The notes beneath the pieces were generated by a model. The model saw only the letters and a list, made by a program, of their open reading frames with translations, did not search any database and was not told the origin of the DNA. A program made the translations under genes and the position numbers. Shown in pieces: positions 59,687 to 64,000 of a DNA stretch of 64,000 bases (positions are counted from its first letter, which is position 1; every line of letters starts with the position of its first letter). The stretch is from positions 915-64,914 of the forward strand of contig DASSNM010000078.1 of NCBI GenBank assembly GCA_035688025.1, given 5' to 3'. The DNA is from Gaiellaceae bacterium. Its GTDB lineage: Bacteria > Actinomycetota > Thermoleophilia > Gaiellales > Gaiellaceae.

Positions 59687-59916
59687 CCCTGCCGGGGTTT
59701 GGCTCAACTGTCGCGAAAACCCCCATCCGAGGGATATCGGCTTGCCCCAACCAGGGACACAGTTCGCGTGTTGTAAGTGCGAAAACACTCGCGATCTGAG
59801 TGAGCGTGCCGTATCCTGCGCCCACTCGGTTGCAGGTGGCACGAGAACGAGTGCGGCTAGTTCTTCGATGTTGAGCGACGAGGGGTGGTACACGCTTGAC
59901 CCCTGAGGCGAAGGGG
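59687..59916 (+). promoter_or_regulatory. low-GC intergenic leader/promoter region upstream of the giant surface-protein gene
   Basis: Apart from 38275..38398, this is the only sizeable non-coding stretch in the right half of the window, and it is visibly less GC-rich. A 7-bp hairpin (GGGGTTT 59694..59700 / AAACCCC 59717..59723) follows the GT4 stop. Candidate promoter elements are TTGTAA at 59771, GAAAAC-N18-CGTG at 59781..59808 and TATCCT at 59812. The SD-like GAGGCGAAGGGG lies just before the ATG at 59917. None of these elements is validated. Confidence 0.4.
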
Positions 59917-62900
59917 ATGTTGCGGCGGCTGCGGCTCCGCCTTGAGGATTGGGACTGGCGCCACGAAGCGGGGCGCGCCCGCCTGGCTTCGCTCGGCGGC
60001 CTCCTCCTCGTCACCGCGCTCGCGGCGGGCGTGGCGCTGTTCTTCGCCGGCAAGGCGACGTCGGCGTCCCGCAACTGCGTCGCCACGCTCGCGAGCGGCT
60101 CGACCGCGATCAACGCGGCGGCCGGATACACCTGCGACGGCACCGCGAACTCGACGCTCGTCCTGACCGGCTCGACGCCGGACAACCTGACGATCAACAA
60201 CGGCCAGATCATCACCGTCCCGGCCGACGCGACCGCCGGCGTGGCGTACCTCCTCAACAACGTCACGATCAACTCCGGCGGCAAGCTGAACCTGAACGAC
60301 GCGACGTCGAGCACCACGGGAGACGTGACCGTGCTCGGCACGTACACGATGGCGAACGGCGGCCTGCAGCAGTGGGCGAACCAGGCGGGCACGCTCGAGC
60401 TCGACGGCAACGTCACGATCGCGAGCGGGAACACCTCCGCGAACTGGATCGGCGTCAACAGCGGCACGCGCGTCCTCAAGCTCGCGGGCTCGGGCAACTC
60501 GACCTACGACGTCGCCTCGACGATCTACGTCAACCGCCTCTGGGTGGCGGTGCCGAGCGGCACCACGAAGACCTTCAGCCCGTCGGTCTCGCAGGCGAAC
60601 CCGGCGATCAACGTCACCCAGACAGGCGGCGTCACCGGCGCGTCGATCCCGACGGAGCTCGACCTCGGCACCGGCACGCCGAGCGGCACCGGCTGCAGCC
60701 CGACGACGCCGACGCGGAGCAACAACGTCGCCGGCAACATCGCGCAGACCGGCAGCCCCGGCAGCAACGGCACGATCCTCTTCAACCCGAGCACGGTCGA
60801 GCACAACTGCGTCGACGCCCACACCGGCGGCGTCGGCGACAACTCGACCGCGCTCCTGGTCGTCGGCGGCGCGAGCGGCAGCACCGTCAACATCGTCCCG
60901 CAGGGCAGCCTCGACTACGGCTCGTTCCCGAAGATGTCGATGGACCTGACGAACCAGACCATCAACTGGGTCGGGCCGCTGCTCTCTGGCACGACGGTCG
61001 CCGCGGCGCGTCTCGGTCAGGACCTCACCGTCACGAACGGCAGCGGCACGACCCACTGGTCGCTGAACAACATGCGCTTCGACTTCGCGCCGGCAGACGG
61101 GAACACGATGACGCTCTCGCCGAGCAGCGAGACGTGGCAGTCGGTGGACATCGGCGGCGAGAACGGCAACGGCGCGAACGACGGCCACGTCGTCATCGCG
61201 GACGGGAAGACGCTGAACGTCAACGCGAACGTCGGCCTGATGGACGGCTATCTCGACGTCAACGGCGGCGGCGCCGGCACCGGCACCGTGAAGATGACGG
61301 GCAACAACAAGGGCCTCGTCCTCAACTCGGCCTTCGACGGCGGCACCGGCACGATCGCGCTCTTCGGCGGCAGCACCGCCTCCGGCCCGATCTGGCTCGA
61401 CGGCTGCTACGGCGCCTCGAGCGACAGCAACTTCAGCGGCGGCAACACCGCGAACGTGACCGGCGCGACGGAGCACTGCCTCGGCGACGTCGGCGCGACG
61501 AGCGCCGTGTATCCGAAGACGATCACCGTCGACGCGGGCGCGTTCGTCGGCGTCCAGGGCAACATCCGCTTCCAGAGCGGCGGCTCGTTCGCGAACAGCT
61601 CGAACCAGCTCCAGCTCGGCGGCTTCTCGAGCTCGGTCGCGACGGCGAGCGCGAACCCGGGCGACGGCTCGACGGTGACGATCCACGACGTCACCTACCG
61701 CTTCGCGGCCACCCCGTCGAGCGGCAACGACGTCCAGATCGGCGCGTCTCGGGACATCACGCTCGCGAACCTCGCCGCGGCCGTCAACGGCACCGGGACG
61801 CCGGGCACCGAGTACTTCGCGGGCACGGCGCAGCCCGGCGACGTCGTGGCGTCGGGCGTGAACACGACGAACCACACGCTCATCCTGCGCTCGCACGCGC
61901 CGGGGACGACCGGGAACGGCGCCTATCTGGCGACCGCGAGCGGGGCGAGCAACATCACCTGGACGAGCGGCACCTTCAGCGGCGGCGACACGAACAACGC
62001 CGGCACCGTCTACTCGGCGGGCGCGTCGCTCACCGGGACGGCGACCTTCTACAACCTGTCGATCTCGGGCTCGACGACGCTGAACAGCAACACGACGGTG
62101 CTCGGCAACCTGATCCTGAACGCCGTTCCGTCCGGCTCCGGGACGATCTACATGTCGCCGCCCGCTTCGACGACGCGCATGATCCAGAGCGACACGAATC
62201 AGACGCTCTCCCAGCCGCTGTGGCTGAACGGCGAGAACTCGAACGCGAACGTCGCCGTCAAGAAGCTCGACGGGTCGACGAACGGCACGGTCACGGCGAC
62301 CGGCGCGGTGACGCTGAACTCGGGCACGCTGTCCGCCGGCGAGATCGACGCCCAGGGCAACGTCTCGGCGAGCCAGTACTTCAGCGGCGGCGCCGGCACG
62401 CTCAAGCTCAACAACACGAGCGCGGGCCAGACGTTCACGGGCACGCAGACGTCGACGGCCGGCGACCTGCCGAACGTGACCATCGCCGACACCGGCCAGA
62501 CGATGACCCTCTCGGGCACGGTGCGCAGCACGAAGAACTGGACGTTCTCGAGCGGCGCGGGCATCTCGGCGACGGGCTCGACCTTCTACGCGAACGGGAC
62601 GACCTTCGCCGGCTCGCAGACCCTGAACAACCTGAACGTGATCGCGAACTCGACGATCTCGAGCGGCACGCTCAGCACCGGCACGAGCGGCGTCGTCACG
62701 TTCGCGGGCGGCAAGCTCGCGACGGGCGCGAACGAGCTCTGGGTGAAGAACACGTCCACCTCCGCGGTGACCGGCGCGAGTGGGACGAACGGCTGGGTGA
62801 ACGGCAACCTCGAGCGCTCGATCCCGGGCTCCGGCTCGAGCCAGGCGTACACGTGGGACATCGGCGGCGCGACGAACTACACGCCCGCGACGACGACGTT

Positions 62901-64000
62901 CCCGACCCTGACCCAGGCCGGCTCGATCACGATGTCGGCGACGAGCGCGGACGCCACGCACAAGAGCACCTGGACGCTCAGCTCGACGAACTACGTCAAG
63001 CGCTACTTCACCGTCACGAACAGCGCCACCCCGGTCACGTGGAGCGGCGGCAACGCGAACACGAAGTTCTTCTACGTCACCGGCGACATCCAGAACAGCG
63101 CGACGGAGGCGAACTTCGTCGTCGCCAAGGACACCGATCCGAGCGGCACCGGCTCCTGGAGCACGCTCGCCGCGACCGCCGACGCCGTCGGCCACGGCAC
63201 GACCGCGACGAGTGGGATCAGCTCGCTGCAGTCGTCCGCGACGCAGTTCGCGCTCGGCGAGCCCGGCGGGCCCGACCACTTCAACCTGACGCCTGCGTCG
63301 ACCACGGTCACCGCCGGCGCCTCGACGACGCTGACGATCACCGCCGTGAACTCGAGCAACCAGACGTTCACCGGCTACACCGGCGACAAGACGATCACGC
63401 TCGGCGGCGCGAACAACGCCCCGGACGGGACGGTTCCGACCGGTAGCGACAAGACCGCCGCCGACGTGAACTTCGGCACCGCGACGACCATCACGTTCAC
63501 GAACGGCGTCGGCACGACCACGGTGAAGCTCTACAAGGCCGAGACCGCGCACCTGACCGCGACCGACGGCACGGTCAGCCAGGGCGCAACCGCCGACTGG
63601 ACGGTCAACCCGCACGCGGCGACGCGGCTCGTGGTCACCGGCTCCGGCACGCAGACGGCCGGCAGCGCGCAGACGATCACCCTGACGGCGAAGGACGCGT
63701 GGGGCAACACCGACACGAACTACTCGGGCAACGAGTCGATCACCTTCAGCGGCGCCAACGACCCGCTCGAGACGTCGAACCATCCGACGGTCACCAACAC
63801 GAGCGCGAGCGCCACGAACTTCGGCTCGGCGACGACGATCCACTTCGCCTCGGGCGTCAGCGACAACGACTCCAGCGGCAGCCGCTCGATGATCCTCTAC
63901 AAGGCCGAGACGGCGAACATCGCCGCGGCCGACTCGACGAACGCGATCAGCGCCTCCACCGGCAGCGACCGGCTGACCGTCGTGGTCAGCGCCCACGCCG
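59917..64000 (+). CDS. very large secreted/cell-surface protein, Thr/Asn/Gly/Ser/Ala-rich (S-layer- or adhesin-like), 3' end beyond the window
   Basis: Not in the ORF track because there is no stop within the window. My own translation from the ATG at 59917 gives 1361 uninterrupted codons with the GC3-rich codon usage of the neighbouring genes. It starts MLRRLRLRLEDWDWRHEAGRARLASLGGLLLVTALAAGVALFFAGKATSA, which looks like a signal peptide or anchor. Repetitive segments follow (...NVTINSGGKLNLN..., ...GNVTIASGNTSANW...), ending in Ig-like tandem domains. The nearest in-frame upstream stop is at 59872. Confidence 0.85.
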   Translation, partial: MLRRLRLRLEDWDWRHEAGRARLASLGGLLLVTALAAGVALFFAGKATSASRNCVATLASGSTAINAAAGYTCDGTANSTLVLTGSTPDNLTINNGQIITVPADATAGVAYLLNNVTINSGGKLNLNDATSSTTGDVTVLGTYTMANGGLQQWANQAGTLELDGNVTIASGNTSANWIGVNSGTRVLKLAGSGNSTYDVASTIYVNRLWVAVPSGTTKTFSPSVSQANPAINVTQTGGVTGASIPTELDLGTGTPSGTGCSPTTPTRSNNVAGNIAQTGSPGSNGTILFNPSTVEHNCVDAHTGGVGDNSTALLVVGGASGSTVNIVPQGSLDYGSFPKMSMDLTNQTINWVGPLLSGTTVAAARLGQDLTVTNGSGTTHWSLNNMRFDFAPADGNTMTLSPSSETWQSVDIGGENGNGANDGHVVIADGKTLNVNANVGLMDGYLDVNGGGAGTGTVKMTGNNKGLVLNSAFDGGTGTIALFGGSTASGPIWLDGCYGASSDSNFSGGNTANVTGATEHCLGDVGATSAVYPKTITVDAGAFVGVQGNIRFQSGGSFANSSNQLQLGGFSSSVATASANPGDGSTVTIHDVTYRFAATPSSGNDVQIGASRDITLANLAAAVNGTGTPGTEYFAGTAQPGDVVASGVNTTNHTLILRSHAPGTTGNGAYLATASGASNITWTSGTFSGGDTNNAGTVYSAGASLTGTATFYNLSISGSTTLNSNTTVLGNLILNAVPSGSGTIYMSPPASTTRMIQSDTNQTLSQPLWLNGENSNANVAVKKLDGSTNGTVTATGAVTLNSGTLSAGEIDAQGNVSASQYFSGGAGTLKLNNTSAGQTFTGTQTSTAGDLPNVTIADTGQTMTLSGTVRSTKNWTFSSGAGISATGSTFYANGTTFAGSQTLNNLNVIANSTISSGTLSTGTSGVVTFAGGKLATGANELWVKNTSTSAVTGASGTNGWVNGNLERSIPGSGSSQAYTWDIGGATNYTPATTTFPTLTQAGSITMSATSADATHKSTWTLSSTNYVKRYFTVTNSATPVTWSGGNANTKFFYVTGDIQNSATEANFVVAKDTDPSGTGSWSTLAATADAVGHGTTATSGISSLQSSATQFALGEPGGPDHFNLTPASTTVTAGASTTLTITAVNSSNQTFTGYTGDKTITLGGANNAPDGTVPTGSDKTAADVNFGTATTITFTNGVGTTTVKLYKAETAHLTATDGTVSQGATADWTVNPHAATRLVVTGSGTQTAGSAQTITLTAKDAWGNTDTNYSGNESITFSGANDPLETSNHPTVTNTSASATNFGSATTIHFASGVSDNDSSGSRSMILYKAETANIAAADSTNAISASTGSDRLTVVVSAHA
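63274..63612 (+). repeat. Ig-like domain repeat A inside the surface-protein gene (aa 1120-1232)
   Basis: The sequence HFNLTPASTTVTAGASTTLTITAVNSSNQTFTGYTGDKTITLGGAN...NFGTATTITFTNGVGTTTVKLYKAETAHLTATDGT follows the same pattern as the next unit. Confidence 0.6.
63613..64000 (+). repeat. Ig-like domain repeat B (aa 1233 to the window end)
   Basis: The sequence ATRLVVTGSGTQTAGSAQTITLTAKDAWGNTDTNYSGNESITFSGAN...NFGSATTIHFASGV...MILYKAETANIAAADST shares this pattern with repeat A: T.TAG...T.T.TA......Y.G...IT..GAN...NFG.ATTI.F..GV...LYKAETA. The LYKAETA motif starts at 63529 and at 63895. Confidence 0.6.

Noticed and set aside
59666-59893. 75-aa minus-strand ORF (MYHPSSLNIEELAAL...) in the low-GC spacer, whose composition looks less artefactual than other shadow ORFs.
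   Set aside because: By my count, about a third of its codons end in A/T, and it uses codons that are otherwise almost absent here (TTA twice, CTA, ATA, AGA). It has no SD, and it overlaps the 3' end of the last GT4 gene. This fits non-coding leader DNA better.
59857-63996. Track ORFs 59857..63996(-) at 1379 aa and 59949..63446(+) at 1165 aa as the coding frames of the 4-kb region at the right end.
   Set aside because: Both give low-complexity Arg/Asp/Gly/His-rich sequence. The remaining plus frame from 59917 is uninterrupted to the window end, has native-like GC3-rich codons, a signal-peptide-like start and structured repeats. I therefore treat the two listed ORFs as shadows.
59917-64000. 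Apparent abundance of N-x-S/T sequons in the giant protein (on the order of forty by eye), as evidence for N-linked glycosylation.
   Set aside because: Asn, Ser and Thr are so abundant in this protein that a similar sequon density is expected from composition alone. This is a rough mental estimate, not a computation. No PglB/AglB-type oligosaccharyltransferase is present. The only transferase candidate belongs to the O-linking Wzy_C family.

Overview
This is a very GC-rich bacterial chromosome segment (by eye well above 70% G+C, with codon third positions almost all G/C). Gene content and order look like a deep-branching Gram-positive or actinobacterial lineage; that taxon call is inference only.

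**Left third (1-19.3 kb, mostly minus strand).** A conserved housekeeping block: the F1F0 ATP synthase operon (atpZ-like, atpI-like, atpB-E-F-H-A-G-D), a wecA-like GlcNAc-1-P transferase, upp, glyA, tsaC/sua5, prmC, prfA, osmC, a DUF1385 gene, rpmE, a PLP dehydratase and an OmpR/HisKA two-component pair. A few opposite-strand accessory genes interrupt it.

**Middle (19-35 kb).** Envelope-modification genes are mixed with acyl-CoA metabolism.
- Envelope genes: AT3 acyltransferases, a sulfotransferase, a sulfatase-like protein, methyltransferases and a lytic transglycosylase.
- Acyl-CoA genes: etfBA, ETF-QO, a crotonase and a split B12 mutase. The mutase specificity residues look isobutyryl-CoA-mutase-like, and a GT2 gene is wedged between its two subunits.

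**Right 29 kb (the stand-out).** A single-strand, almost gap-free 22-gene glycan-assembly locus spans 35222-59686. It encodes:
- a PCP/tyrosine kinase and a WbaP-type priming transferase
- an embedded ECF sigma factor
- Wzm, and Wzt with a C-terminal extension
- a sulfotransferase and an epimerase
- 4 GT2 genes (three are tandem paralogs) and 10 GT4 modules (one gene is a double fusion)
- a Wzy_C/O-antigen-ligase-family membrane protein

A low-GC leader follows, then an open reading frame of more than 1361 aa for a Thr/Asn/Gly/Ser-rich surface protein. That ORF is missing from the supplied ORF track because it runs off the window. I interpret locus plus protein as a candidate surface-protein (S-layer/adhesin-type) glycosylation system, possibly with a sulfate chain-terminating cap. 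This is a hypothesis, not a demonstrated function.

**Not found.** No rRNA, tRNA, CRISPR array, transposase, integrase or recognisable defence system. Many very long ORFs in the track are off-frame or antisense artefacts of the high GC content.
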